Below, in pieces: positions 12,569-26,900 of a stretch of 64,000 bases of DNA (within the stretch, counting starts at the first letter, position 1; each line of letters opens with the position of its first letter). The notes under the pieces are model-generated. The model did not search any database. It worked only from the letters and a program-made list of their open reading frames with translations, and was not told the origin of the DNA. The stretch is from Bugula neritina. Taxonomy: Eukaryota > Animalia > Bryozoa. Location: contig OZ037766.1 of assembly GCA_964035545.1 (NCBI GenBank), positions 10,778,722-10,842,721 on the forward strand, written 5' to 3'. The position numbers and the translations under genes were made by a program.

Positions 12569-15500
12569 TCATTGACTGGGCAAAGACTTTAGCAAAAATT
12601 TTCTACACTGTTCCATCTCCTAAAAAGAAACAAAATAATATGGAGCTAAAAAACTTAGCAAGGACAAGTGAGAGCATTTTCAAAGTACTACCCGATATTT
12701 AATAATCAAGCTTAGTAAAAAGAGTTGTCTTATTTCAAACCATAAAAACTCACCAGGTTGGTAACTGTAACACTTTGATATTTAGGTAAAAAACAGGTGG
12801 TTAAATTTTAACATTTGCAATCTTTTTAGTCTTGCAAACCTGATTTCCTTTTTTTCAAAGTACTAAACGTTAAGGTGTTCTGGTAATTTTAGCTGATCAA
12901 TGATGGAAAGTAGAAGAAGAATATTGTGGCCACAGTCTAAACTTTATTTGGTATGATACACATTAAAAAACAACACCTTGATATATGGAGCTTGTACTAC
13001 AGCTATAAAATCAGAGGAACACCAGCCCCAGTCACATTGAGGCAAATTCCAGAAAATAAACTGATACTAAACCCTTTAACTTACTTCTGGTGAGCTGCTG
13101 TGCATCACACCTGAGAGTGTGCACATTTCATGTTCTGGGTTTAGCTGTTTCAATAGCATGGCAGTCATTTTACCCCAAGTGAAGGGTACCATAGGATCAA
13201 TATCCCCATGACATTGCAGTGTTGGCACTTTCTTGTTTGCATCTTTTACTATATCCTACAATCACTGGACTATTGCATTTTGTCTTCAATGTAAAGGGGT
13301 GGGGGGTGTCCTTTAAGTTGACATTTATGGCTAGGCTCTGGTGTGTGATAATAGAAAAGACTATTGGAAAAACTTCAACACGAATGCTAATAATGACTAA
13401 AACAGTTTTTAAACAAAGTTGTCTTAATTTATTTTTAAGAAAGACCTTGGAACTGTAATAAATACTGAACTACCTAAAACTATTAACTATTTTTAGCTTT
13501 GATCTGTTAACTGAGTCAACATTTGAAAAAACAGAAAATCTAAAGCAACCATTTGACTTACAGATAACTTACCATCACTTTAGTATGGAGAGGCAGCCAA
13601 GTACTGAATGCCAACAGTCCTCCTAGTTTAATATCAGATGTTAAAGAAGTATAAATAGCTACTGCACCACCCTGTGAGAATCCTCCAATGACTATTCTTT
13701 CAGAGGGAATTGATTTGGCTTCTTCATCTATTATTGATCTCACTGAGCAATATATAACATCAATTTCTCAAAATCAATAGAATAGTATGCCAGAAACAAC
13801 AATGAAGATGAGACAATCTAGTTTAAAAAATACATGTTGAAATATACACACAGACAGGGGACCTATAGACAAAGTGATGATTAGTAATGGCTAGATGTAT
13901 GAATGGGTAGGTGAGTATATATATATAGAATAGTACAAAAACACATACAAAGATCACTTGATTTCTTTAAACCAACTTCATCTTGAGGAGCATCTGGAGA
14001 GAGACCTTTAATATCAAACCTACAATAATAAAACATATATATGCAAAATTATAATCACATTCCAACTATAATTAGAGTCTACTCTCCATAAGGACTGTAT
14101 TATTGTTTAAATTTTTAACTTGAAGCATTTGGTTTTCAATTATATTTTTCAATAAAAAAGGAGTTTGCATTTCAATAGCCCTTATATCTTTATTACTGCA
14201 GGTCACACACAAAAAAGATCTAATACGTAATCTATCCAATATTTTTTAATGATTTCAAATCAGAAGACCTAGTCATCTATCTGATGAAGCTGTCTACATT
14301 TGACAGCTTAAATTTATATGGCAATCATTTCCAAGATTCTACTGGGATTTTGTTAGCATTTATAGTCTTATCAGAGAAGCAAATATTTATTGGACGTGCT
14401 GAGCAAAAACTATCCACCCTATGGCTGATACAGGAAAGCAGGTAACATTGAAAGTTTTCACTCTTAAATGAATTTAAAGCAAAGACCAGATTTTTACAGC
14501 CTAACAATTTGCATCCATATTGGCTTGTAACAGCCTTTGAATGTGTTTAAATAATTCAGTAATGTAATGTAACCATTGGATTAGTAAAGGAGACACACAA
14601 CAATAACCAGGCACTCAGATAACTAGCACAATACTAATACTTACATATCTCTCAACATGAAAAGAACTAAAAGCCTTAATTATCAACTTCAGCAATTTAA
14701 AAATACTAATAATTATATTAAATATTTTCAAAAGGTATAATCTAAGAAATACTTAATTTTTATTCTACAAAAAATCCAAACTTTAAAAAACTAGTTGCTA
14801 GTCGGAAATGTCAAAGTTATTTTACTAAGAATTTTCAGTTACTTGGTCAAGAATATTTCAATCCTAATAAAAGCTTATTTACCTCAAGATATAAAAACAT
14901 AAATAAATGTGTGGCTTTCTTCCACATCTAGTATAGCCCGCCTTTATTAGCATAATGTACTGAGAAAACTAATAGAATACAAATATCGATTGCAACTAAG
15001 ATAACAGGCCAATTATGAAATTTGGAAGCCCACATGCCTTATTAAAGTTTGAAGTTAACCTTATAAATAACAAAAGGTCGTATGCTAACATTTCATTCTT
15101 CAATTAGAAATCCAGTAAAATGTCCTCTGACTATGCTTCAAGTAAAAGACATGTGGCCAACTACGCAATACATGTATGCTAAGTGGATTGCAATCTATAA
15201 AGTAGCAGTAATATCAGGTACCAGCATTGTAAAACATAGTACTCATAGTAGTACTTGACTGAGGGACTCAGTAAGCGTATTATTATACAGATAGCTTTTA
15301 TGACTGCAACAGTTTCAATAACTAAATCTAATAAAATGATTACTGGCCTCCCAAGGTTAAAGTTTGGACTAGTAGTTTTAATATTTCAATGTGCTAGCCA
15401 TTAAGAGATTTAATTAGGTTATGTTCAACCTATGCTAATATTCTACAATCTACTTGAATAACTTCAAGTTAAAGACTTAAATGGCACACTATGAATAATT

Positions 15501-17317
15501 GCCTTGTAGCAATCAATGACCACAGAATTTGAATTCAATAATTATTAACTGTATAGATTGCTGTAGCCTATTTATGGTTCATGCTGATAATTTAGTAAAA
15601 AGAAATTGTGAAGTTGATATAAACATAAAATAAGTAGAATTGATTAAGTAACAAAAATTAGTTGAATGTGAAAAATCAATACATGTACCTAAAGAGAGAT
15701 ATTTTCATGATAATCAATTACTTGAAAAATACAATCAGCCCACAGGTGTACTAGGGCTTTTTTCATGTTTTGAAACTAGCATATAAACTTAGGAGACAGT
15801 ACAGAAATAAGAATAAAACAACCTCTATGCTATTTAAATGTTGACCAGGAAACCTTTTAACTGGCGTCTAATAAACAAATAAATTGTTATTGTTATCTAA
15901 AACTAAAGCTGCAAAACTATCATTTTTAGCTTTTAACCTTAGCTGCCTGTTCATCTAACGAAAACCCTTGCTCATAGATTGATAGTTGATAAGTAATGGC
16001 TACAGCTATATATTATTACAGCACAATAAGGTACAGTGTAATTATATACATAACACTAATCAACAAGAAAATTACAACAATCAATACTTAACCATGACGG
16101 CATGCTCATTCCCATGTTCAATGAAACTGGCTGAGTAGGTCTACAAAACAGCAAAAAACACATGACATATTACCAACCTGCTGTGTTTAATGATTTTTAG
16201 GTTGGTTTTATTGATGTTAAATGAGTATATCACGTAGTATTATGTAGTAGGTAAAACCGTCTACACCTTTTTTCTAAGCCTGTGCCATAAATTTAATTTT
16301 AAATATTTTGGGCAGACCTATAGCCTAAGCCAATTACTAATTTTCTTCAAAATTATTGCCAAATTTATTCAGAGTATGAAATATTTTGATCACAAGTTAG
16401 AGACAACTTTTTTAGGCTTTTAGCATTCTCTAAGCTAAATCACTTTTATTACATGTGAGTTCAATAGGCAGTCCTTTCACTTAATGACTGTAAGAAGGTT
16501 GGTTTGAAACTAAAGAGTTAAAATATAAGGCTTTCTCACTAGCAAATTAGCAGCAGTAATGGCCTTTTGTCAACCAAACAGTGTAGCAGTGCTGTATTAT
16601 GAAAGAGAGCCGAACAAATTTCAAATTCCTCATGCTTTTGAACTTTTAGTCCATTTAATATCAGTTACATACTTTCTCATGAAACTAGCTAATTATGTTA
16701 ATATAATAGAATCTTTAAACTCACGCATGAGGAAAGATATATTTAATCCAAGGATGTTGTGCTCTGCTTCTAAACTCTTGACACCAGCCATCCCTGTAAT
16801 GTTCCCAAAAAGTATACACGAGACCGAAAACAATTAAACTAATTTATGCTTAAAACTCAGACCTACCTAAGTCATACGAGATATGCACTGTTGAACAACA
16901 ATAAAGAAACATGATAAATAAATCATCTTACCCAGTGTCACCCAAACCATGAAGGAAAATGACCTAAAATAGTAAAAGATTGCATTTCTAGTTATATCAA
17001 GCAAACCTAGATAGTTTCCATAAGCAAGAAATTATGTACTTTAGCCTATATATTAGTTACATAATTTACATAATAAATTGTTTTTACTATTTTGAATACA
17101 CAGTCATGAACTATTTTTATTCTAGGCTCTAAACTAAAGTATTAACAGTTTTTATTCTCACACACCAACACTATAATGACAGTATAACCACTTGACTGTG
17201 TGAAATTTTATTGTAGCAACATAGTAAACATTTCAAAGTAGACTAAATAACAAAACTTACGGTGGCTGTATGTTTTGCAGTAGGAGTTATGGAGGCACAA
17301 GCAACTCTGGCTGCCAT
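12569..17317 (-). CDS. LYPLA1: Acyl-protein thioesterase / lysophospholipase (LYPLA1/2, APT family), 222 aa, 8 coding exons
   Basis: Exons (minus) 17261-17317, 16932-16963, 16725-16793, 16093-16140, 13949-14019, 13573-13742, 13085-13255, 12569-12619 (669 nt). Motifs IFLHGLGDTG, IKYIFPHAP, MPSWFDI, GGFSQGG (nucleophile Ser), CHGDIDPMVP (Asp), MHSS (His). Probably a co-ortholog of vertebrate LYPLA1 and LYPLA2. Confidence 0.93.
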
Positions 17318-18089
17318 ATCATGTAATTTATCTGAGTTGGTAGAATTATTAATTTCCGAAAGTTCAAACGAACAGCCTATAGCAGCAGAAGTCTAATTAA
17401 TATCTCAAGGAATAGAATTCCAGTTATTCTAAAAAGTTTATTCATAGAGCAAACAGTAAAAATAATTAGCCTATATTAAGCTTAATGTCATGTCTGGTTA
17501 AGGTCTCCATCCTATGAAACCCCTAACTTTTAGGCAAGCTAAGAATTTGCTTTCCACCATGCTGGTAACATGGTGAGAAACAAACATTACTGGTGATCAT
17601 GCCAAACACTAAAAACACACCAACGCAAAATTGATTTATTTGCTAATAATCTAAATTATTGTTGTATTACTATTATTAAATAAAAAGGTCATTATATGTC
17701 ACTTACATTGATTTCCAAAAAAATAATTCCAATAGACATAGTGAGTATAGAAAATCTGAAAGATTAGTGACAATAACTTAATTAAAAGTATAGGTACATA
17801 AACATGTGACTGTGAGAATATCACTGTGAATATGCAGTAACTCACAATGATTCACAATGGGACTAACTCACAGTAATTAATAACTAACACGAGTACCACA
17901 AATAAAGTATATCTTATGAGTTTGTTTGAGTTTGACTGTTAGTGTTACTCAAATATCATCTTAAACTTAGACATCATTATAAAACTCAGACTGAATATAA
18001 GTCATTAGTGTCACTTTAGCCTTAGGTGAAGCAAACTAGTATTATTTATTTATTATAATTATTCTTGTAGTTAAGTTATGCCTATAGAC

Positions 18090-19330
18090 GGGTTATAGTT
18101 TAGTATTAGTATTATTACACTAGTACTAGTACTGTAGACATAGTACTAGTAGTACTATTACTATTAGTATTAGTATTAGTCTATTACATTAACTTATACA
18201 GTTATACTTATAGTTATTACATTTACAGTTACTATAACATTAAGTTTAACTATAACATTAACTATAACTATAAGTTATACTTATAGTATTACTATTAGTA
18301 TTAGTATAACTAATTCTACAAGTATGACTATTACTATTAATCCAACTAATAACTTTCACTATGATAGTGGCTATGAGTATAAAAGCATGAGCAATGACCA
18401 TGGACAATTTTCTTAAGATCTAGAGGTCACACGCCAGCGCTTTCAAATCGCCACTGCAAAGTTTTAGTAACTTGTAGATGTTGTAACACAACAACTTTGA
18501 TCCGAGTCATAAGACGCTTGCAGGAGCTTAGAACTAGAGGTTGTATTAATCAACTACGAGCCAGAAATCTCTAATCAAATCAATTATGATCATACAAATT
18601 GACCTTTAACCTTAGATCCAACTACCCGCTTAAATATTATAACCATTGAACCATAGTTTCAGTTCAGTGATTATCACTTATCAGCTTCAATGCAACCATC
18701 AACTTTCCTTGCTAATTTTATAGAGAAAAGATAACTCATAACTCGCAGTATATGACTCACTCGAAAGTCTAAGTTATTATTAATAATATTAATCAAGCTT
18801 ATACTTATAGTTACAGTCGCATTCCACTAATTCCCAGAGACTTTAAATTTAAAGTCCTAGTCATTAGAAATTAGTGATTAGTCACTCACTCTGCTATATA
18901 TATAATAGGCTACTAGCCCATTTTGATTTAGTCCAGTTTTTACATTATAATTATTCTCAATGTCAATGTGAAACTGAACGTCAGTTCACGACTAAATTCA
19001 ACAGCTATTAATATCATTATCATAATGATGATCATAAAGATAATATTGATATTAATATTAACCATGGTCATACTGATACTCATTGGGATTATCATACTGA
19101 TACTCATAGTCATTTGCCATTGTCATACTGATACTCATACTGATACTGATTGTCCATTGAGTTTGACTTTAACTTCAAGAATAAGTCATTCAGATCACTA
19201 TCACTATGACTATGAGTATCGGTATGATAAGTATGACTATCACTATGAGTATCACTATCAGTATGACTATCACTATGAGTATAAAGTATGCTTACTCTTA
19301 AAAGTTAGTATGTATAACTATAAGCTAAAG
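18090..19330. repeat. Degenerate periodic tracts (TAGTAC/TTATAG/ATACTG/ACTATG units) between the divergent LYPLA and CAPN7 genes
   Basis: Blocks near 18090-18380 and 19000-19330, e.g. (A[C/G]TAT[C/G])n at 19195-19285. They account for the spurious ORF 18968-19387. Confidence 0.75.
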
Positions 19331-20930
19331 TTTAGTATTGCAGCTGTTTTACTCTTTGTATTTTTATTTTCCAATAAAATTAAATGAATAATTAATTCAA
19401 GTTCAATTTACCATTTGACTTTGTACAAATCGGAAACTAAAAAACTAGGAGCCCAAAAGAAATAGCAAATCTTTACTTCATCGTCTAGTAAAAATAAAGA
19501 CGTGAGAATCACTCACCCAAAGCCAAAGTTTTATAAATATATTAATTTTGACTTTATCTAGGAGTAAACTTCCTTTGTAATAACAAAATTATAATTACAA
19601 AGCTAATTGTAATCACAATGGTAATGATAATGGTTACAATTAAAAAGTTTTGTAATTGCAGTTACACTGATAGTTCTTTTGGCTTTTATCTTTGATTCCT
19701 AAAGTTGACTACCATCAAATGCACTCAATCAGAACTAAGAAAAAAGCACCACCTCCAAACTAACAGGTAATTTCATAAATGTTGCTGTTCCCAAACAGTT
19801 AAGGTGGTAAAAATTTGCAGCTATTTAAGGTCTACTAAGTCTTATAAATCAGTGAGTCATTTGTTGTGTTATCTTGACTAGAAGCTGCTAGATTTAGCTA
19901 TATATATTTGTATTTTGTATGTTTATACATTTTATGATTAGTTCACAGTGAGAAGCTATAATGGGGTCATGGGTGCATATTTAGTAGTCATAATAATAAT
20001 AGTAGCATGACATGTTTTGTCATTTTCTATCTGATCATAGCTGAAGACCGATCTGTCTCAGTGTTGATTATCAGTTTTACGTCTAAAAACCATGGCCAAA
20101 AGAGTAAATCTGTAATGTTTTTATTTTCTAACAAAGGCTGGGAATTGAGTTCTATTTGATCTCTCATTAGTTTATACCTTGCTTTAGATAACTAAGTCTG
20201 ACAAACCATACTGCTATGTTTTGTATTCAACATATGATTCTTCTGAATAGGATCTCATGGACAGTTAACATACTCTACGACTTGGTAGAACAAGCCTCTA
20301 TTGGCTAATAGCTTGCTTCGATTTGAAAATTTTTTTACTAATTCCCATTGCCCTTGCTGGCTATTTATAAAATATCTTGGTCACGTTTGAGATCAGCTTA
20401 CATTGTCTCTTTGAGTTAGGTACTTGGTTTTCTTCCTTTGAGTTTTTCAAGTTTGTGCTGTAGTTGCCAAGGTTTTTTTTTTCAAAAAGCATGACACTTT
20501 GACTCATTAAAATGACTTCCTCTTCTAGCTGGCCATCTGTATAACATAACAATGAATGGAGACATTTGTCTGGAATTACAACTATACTCTACTATACTAT
20601 ACTGGTGATTTGAATTGCTCTAGGGTTTTTGACGTGGTTAGGAGAATAATTCGAAACTTTCAACCCATGTCAACAACCTGACTTGAAGGAAGAAAGATCT
20701 ATATCTACATAAATACTTTATATAATGTTTTCACAGGGGTTATAGCTATGGACAAAAACAGTCTAACACTAGATAAATCTATGCAAATTTACAACCAACT
20801 AGGAATTTTGGTACAATATTCAGTTGTTGGTGCAATTAAAAATTGTAGCTTGATGAGTCTGTTTAATTGTAACTGGCGTGAAGCAGTGAATCTTAGAGAG
20901 ATTGAGATGTAAGTTATTAATTTTAAAGTG

Positions 20931-23900
20931 ATGGCAGATTATATTATTCTGGAAGAGGATGCCCAATATTTTGCTCGACAAGCTGTTTTACTTGACAGTC
21001 ACCAAGAGTATGAAGAAGCAAAGTTTTACTATATGGTTAGTTTTTAACATAATGTTGCAAGTTAAATACATTGTTGATTTACTAGGATGTGAAAGTATTA
21101 AACAGTTTTTTATACTATGTGAAACTTCTATGTGAATATTGTTCACTATAGGAAGCTGCCCAAGCTCTATTGGCAGCAAAATTGGCTGGCTCCCCTAAAG
21201 CTCATTTGTGTGATAAAGCTAATGAATATATACTGAGATGTGAGCAGTTGAAGGCAAATACAGGTAACTTTGTGTAACTATATTATGTACTCATACTGTA
21301 TATATAGTTATTTAGTGAATATTTAAACGTAGAGAAAAATGAATTGTAAAAAGTGGATTTATATTTCATGTGTTAATTTTAGTCAAAATTATAGTCAAGC
21401 TATAATTTGCTAGGCACCTTGTTTTTTAGTAGCAATTTTTTGTTCAGATTCGTTTGCATTTAATTTTATTCAATTCTAGAAATATCTGTTTTCAATGTGC
21501 TGGCACTTAACTTCTGTTGCAGATGTTCAACAAGCTCCCAAGTCTCACCTTCAGGTACTGGATTATTTATATCTAATTTTAAAGGTTGTTTGTTATTTAT
21601 GTTTACTTGGCACAGCACATGAAAATTTCAAAATTCAGTTTGATTCAACCATTAATAATTGAGTCAAAATGCTCGTAATATATTTATACAAACATTTTAT
21701 GATAGTTGGCATTTTTGGTATGATGCTATAGTTTTCAAGACATGAGTTGAATATAAATCTGTAATCAGGAATTCTCTATATAACAGGCAAGGCTCATGAA
21801 TTTACTTTTTTGTATTTAATAATTATGAGATGAGTGAACAACAATGTTACAGAAATGTGATGTTGATACTTGAATGATTTATTTATCACCATAGAGACAG
21901 AAGGAGAGAGCTGACTTTCTTGTTAGACAAGCGTTTGATGAAGATGAAGCAGGTAACGAGACTGAAGCTGCTGAACTTTATATGGAAGCTGCTCAGCTCT
22001 GCATCGAAATGGTACATTTGTTTCTTTGATTTTTATAGGTTAAAAGCTAGTTAGAGTTATTTTGAATTATTGACGTCTGTTTACATAATTGTGACTTGTC
22101 ATCATTTTCTTGTATAACACCCATGGGTTTACAGTCACCATCTCTGTGATAACCCCTGGTAGAAAGGGTTCTTTTAAGTGGGCTAAGGACTTGTTTGCTT
22201 CTTAACATTCCCAATGTTCTTTACTGAGCTTAGAACCAATGACCTTGTGTTTACTAATAAGCTGGTGCTGTGATCAGTAAACCACGGCTGCACAACATTT
22301 CTCTTATAATAACTGCTATTTTTGATAGACCTGTATACTAGAGAGATCCAGCAGATCTAAAGTTTTCTGACATCATTTATATTGCACCAGAACTAAAATG
22401 ATGTTATAAACTCTGTTTGATTTTAGAGGAAGTCTATTACAGATAGTCATCTAAAGGGCAGCATTGAAAAGTTGGCAAAAAATGCCATCGAAAGAGTTGA
22501 GGCCATAAAGAATGTTCCTAAAAATCATCAAAGGTATCTTAGCTAACTGTTGACAACAAAAAGTATCCTAGCTAACTGTTGACAAATTTTTTATCGTTTG
22601 AATTGAAACCAGCTTAATTAGATTTATGAGTTTTTTCAAAAGTTAGCTGCTTTTAATTTTAATTTGAAACTTGCATATATTGCTAGGTTAAATTTCTTCT
22701 AAGTAAGGTCAAACTGGTATATAGTAGACTTGATAAAAAAATTTCAGCATTTCAATCTTCATTCAGTTTAGAGATTTGTTACTGCTAGCTGTTTCAAGAG
22801 TCAATGGATTACTGTGTTGAAAACAATCTGTGATCTTCTTCAAACTGTTATTTTGAGATGTATTATTTGTTATGTGCTTTATAACAGTATAATAGCACTT
22901 GTTTTTATTTTTGTGATTTTATTTTTCAATGCAGTAACAAGGTGAAATATAGACCACTAGGAGATGCTTTAGCGACTCAACAACAACTGGTGTCTAAAAG
23001 AGATATTAGCACTACCGCTAGCAGTAGCGGCAGTTATTCAAAGGAGGAAATTGGAGTTTTAAGGTCATTATTATTGTAGATTTATTGAATTATACTGAGA
23101 AACATTGTGAATTTATGTTCATAGTTATACTGCTGCTTCGAGCAATATTGTGCTGTAAGTCATTGAATGTAATATAAACTTGTTTTATTCAATAGGCACA
23201 CTTCACTAATAAATGGCCGACAGTATGTACCTTTTATGTCAGTTGACATAAGTGAAAGATTTGCCTTCCCTGTGTCTTTTAGGTAAGTTGCTGTTATGTC
23301 TTTAAAAGTTGCTAGTGTAGTTCAGCCCTATAATTAGTGATGAACCAATCGTGGCCTGCTTTGTGTCAAATAAGTTCCGTTTAGCTTGTTGCAAATTTCA
23401 AATTTTATCAAACCATAGATAGTGGAAAATTCTGATTTAAAATGTCTATTAGATCTATTAGGTCATATTATTGCCAGTCTCGAAGCACATTCTGCAATGT
23501 ATATAAATTTAGCTTCTGAATGGACTGATAATAAAAGATTTACTGTTTCTTATATCAATCCTGATTTTTTTTTCTGTTACTTTTTATTCAAATGGCAGTC
23601 TTGTGCGTGCATGACTAATGCGTGCACTCTGTCATTAGTACTAGCTAATTGATTATGTTAATGAAATGTATTAGGTAACACAAAGTTCACTGTACATAAT
23701 GGCATTGTGAGAGCAATTGATTATAACTAGTGAAAAAAATTGACTACTTTTTGATAAATTATGCGAATTAGGATTATATATATTTATTTATATATCATTA
23801 TTTTGTTAAGTGTTTTGATTTGATTTTTGTGATATTTATTCATTTTTTGAGTTATTTATAATAATATAGCATTTTCTCATGGCATACGATTGAGTAAGTT

Positions 23901-26900
23901 GCTGTAGGTTAACCTTTCTGCATTACACAACTGAGTGTCATATTGTTTGCAGTGACCGAGATGGTAAACTGGCTTTGTCAGCGAAACAGAAGCAGCATTT
24001 TGCTGGATGGATTCGCCCAGAAGAATATATTGCTGACCCCAAGATGATCATGGCTGTTTCTAGTTTTAGTGTCAAACAAGTAAAGTTTATTACAATTCCC
24101 TATAATATATTTACTTAGCTTTGCAAATTGGTATGGTGCATTTTTCTTTAGCTATTCATTATAATTTCGGTGCATTTTAATGTTGAAATATTGACTTTGA
24201 ATGTGTAAATTTAGACTATCATATCGGACTGCTCATTCGTTGCATCACTGGCCATAAGTGCTCAGTACGAAAGGCGATTCAACAAGAGACTCATAACAAG
24301 GTGAATCTTTATACCTATGAAACTGTGCAATAAACAAGCTAGTATTATCTTTCAGATATGCACCTTCAAGTGCTTCTCTCTCTCACAATTGTAGCTAGCA
24401 ATGTTATGTGTGTGCTAGAAGATACTTATGGTGCTTTCTACTCTGTCATATATTGAAACAAGCTTTCACTCTACATTCTACAGTGTGTGCAGTAATTTTA
24501 GCAGTTTTACGCTTTAATAATTTATTTTTAGCATTATTTATCCACAATCAAGAAATGGTGACCCTGTCTATAATCCATGCGGTAAATATATGATCAAGCT
24601 ACACATCAATGGAGTACCTCGAAAGGTATTTTGACTTTTTGTTGATGTACTGTGCAGGAAACAAAATACATATTACTTTTTATGGCAATAGTAAAAGTGC
24701 ATTCATACCTTCATGATTTTCAGTCCGAATTCAATTTGGCTTGATGGACAATTTTGCTGATTTTTTGCATTTTAATAGCAACTTGTCTTGTGGTGGCTTT
24801 CTCAATCAAATTACCAAGTCATATTGCTTGTCGCAGAAACTGTAGAGTATTGCATTATTATTGTCCATGCTCACTTTAAAGCTACTCTTACTAGCAGTAA
24901 TAATGTAGCATCGTTTACTTCAATTTCTACTTAAATTACTGCTATAAATATGGCCGAGACAAAAATAACGAAAATGAATGAGCTAATTTTATATCCGTGA
25001 TGGTTTGGCCATATGGAATGAAACAATAAAATATTTAGCAGAGGCAGCTCTGTGCTTTGCCCTGGAGTATCTTTTAATGGAAAATATGCTGACAAGAAAC
25101 ACCCCATCACAATGATGCCCTTCTCCACATTTAACAAACTTAGGCAACTTGGATAATTTTTATGCTTAAAAGTATATGCCACTTCCTTCTATTACAGGCA
25201 GTTGCTTCGCAAACTCGTTGCATTCATGATATAGGATTACTATAATAAAATTATACTTGGGCACTACCACTAAGTGCTGATTACTTGCAATGTAAATAAA
25301 AAATTGTTAGCTCTTGCTTTTAAAAAAAATTATATAATGAAGAAAATGTTTAAAATTACTGGATTTCTGTTATAGTTTTCCCATGTATATTCTATGCATC
25401 ATAAGGGTTATTGAGTCATATAAAGTGTCGCATAGAATTGAATACATAGCATTATGTTGTTATATTCTGTCTGTACATGTGCAGTCATGACTGCTTATAT
25501 ATTATATTTTCCAACATTTAAACCTGAACTGCATTATGACAGCTGCTAGTATGTGTATATAGTCCTGACTGGTATAGTTTTTCCATTCCAAGACTTGGAG
25601 TACATAATGACAGTTGTTGGTATGTGTATATACAGGTTGTAATAGACGACTATCTTCCAATGGGCAAAGATGGCAAACTGTTATGCTCTTTCTCTAGCAA
25701 TAAAAGTGAACTCTGGGTCTCAATGTTAGAGAAAGCTTACATGAAAGTGATGGGAGGTTACGATTTCCCAGGATCAAACTCTGTAGGTTTATAAATCGTA
25801 TATTCTTACAGATCTTTACAATTGCTTTGTCATTAAGCAAGCTGTGATAAATGAATTTCAGACTGGTTAATATTTTATAATTTATACTTGTTGCTACAGG
25901 TTCTAATGTAGAACAAATTTTTTGTTAAACAATAAGAATTTTATAGCTTTTTCTTCTCATAATTCAGTCTAGTTATGAATATGCATATTATGCTTTAGTT
26001 TAGTTTTGCTTATACCTTTAGGTTGTAGCATGCACTAAATATTTGCACATAATAGTGAGTGTAATGAACTGTAAATGCATATTTATTTTATTATGTTTTT
26101 TCGCTTTTCAAAAAGAAAGTCATTTAGTTGTTTAATCGGTAGAACATTGATCTCCACGCTCTCACTGGCTGGATTCCAGAGCGTGTGGCTATCAAGAACT
26201 CGTCAAAAGCGTTTGAAAAAGACAAGGAATTTAGAAAAATTCTAGATAAGTTTCACAAAGGGCACTGTGTGGTGACGGTAGCCACTGGTCCAATGAGAGA
26301 CAGCGATGCAGAGAGAGCCGGTCTCGTTGAGAGCCACGCCTATGCTATGCTGGACATCCGTGAAGTACTGGTAGGTTTTTATGTATGCAATCAGCAAGTG
26401 TTATAAGAGATATTGGGCTAAAACTTTAGAAAATCATTAGGTTAGCGTGAAGAGTTCTTATGTCTGAATTGTGTACGAGATGAAAATTAGCCAGTTTTAG
26501 TTTTCAGCAAGCCCGCCAATGTACAAATAGTTTTCAGGTCAAACATGCTGTTTTATAACACTGCTTTGATTTTACATGGATCTAATTTACTAGCTTCATG
26601 TAATTGCATTCACCTGGTAGGCTTTTAATTGAAAGTAAATTTTAAAGTTTTAATTGAGCAAAACGGTTTTAGATACTCTCTTATTAGTTGTAAATCAGAA
26701 GGTCTGCGTTTTAGTTTAAATATGAAACACTATGTAGTAATTTATTTAGGTACCATGCAATTATATGTGGCTGGTTGTGGTTACTCAACTCTCTTACTAA
26801 AGTGTATATTATTACACTGCATAGGGTAAGAGGTTTTTAATGTTGAAAAACCCCTGGAGCCATTTAAGATGGAAAGGCAGATATTCGGAAAGCGATACCC

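Noticed and set aside
18968-19387. 139-aa ORF with Ile-rich and YHYDYEY repeats
   Set aside because: It is a translation of the periodic low-complexity tract, with a non-ATG start and no splice or homology support.
20040-20720. Slightly more complex sequence upstream of CAPN7 that may be a decayed retroelement
   Set aside because: I could not recover a convincing protein motif by eye; needs a RepeatMasker/tBLASTx search.
22534-22934. GTATCTT/GTATCCT donors as a possible U12-type intron in CAPN7
   Set aside because: Neither fully matches GTATCCTTT, and there is no TCCTTAAC branch site near the acceptor.
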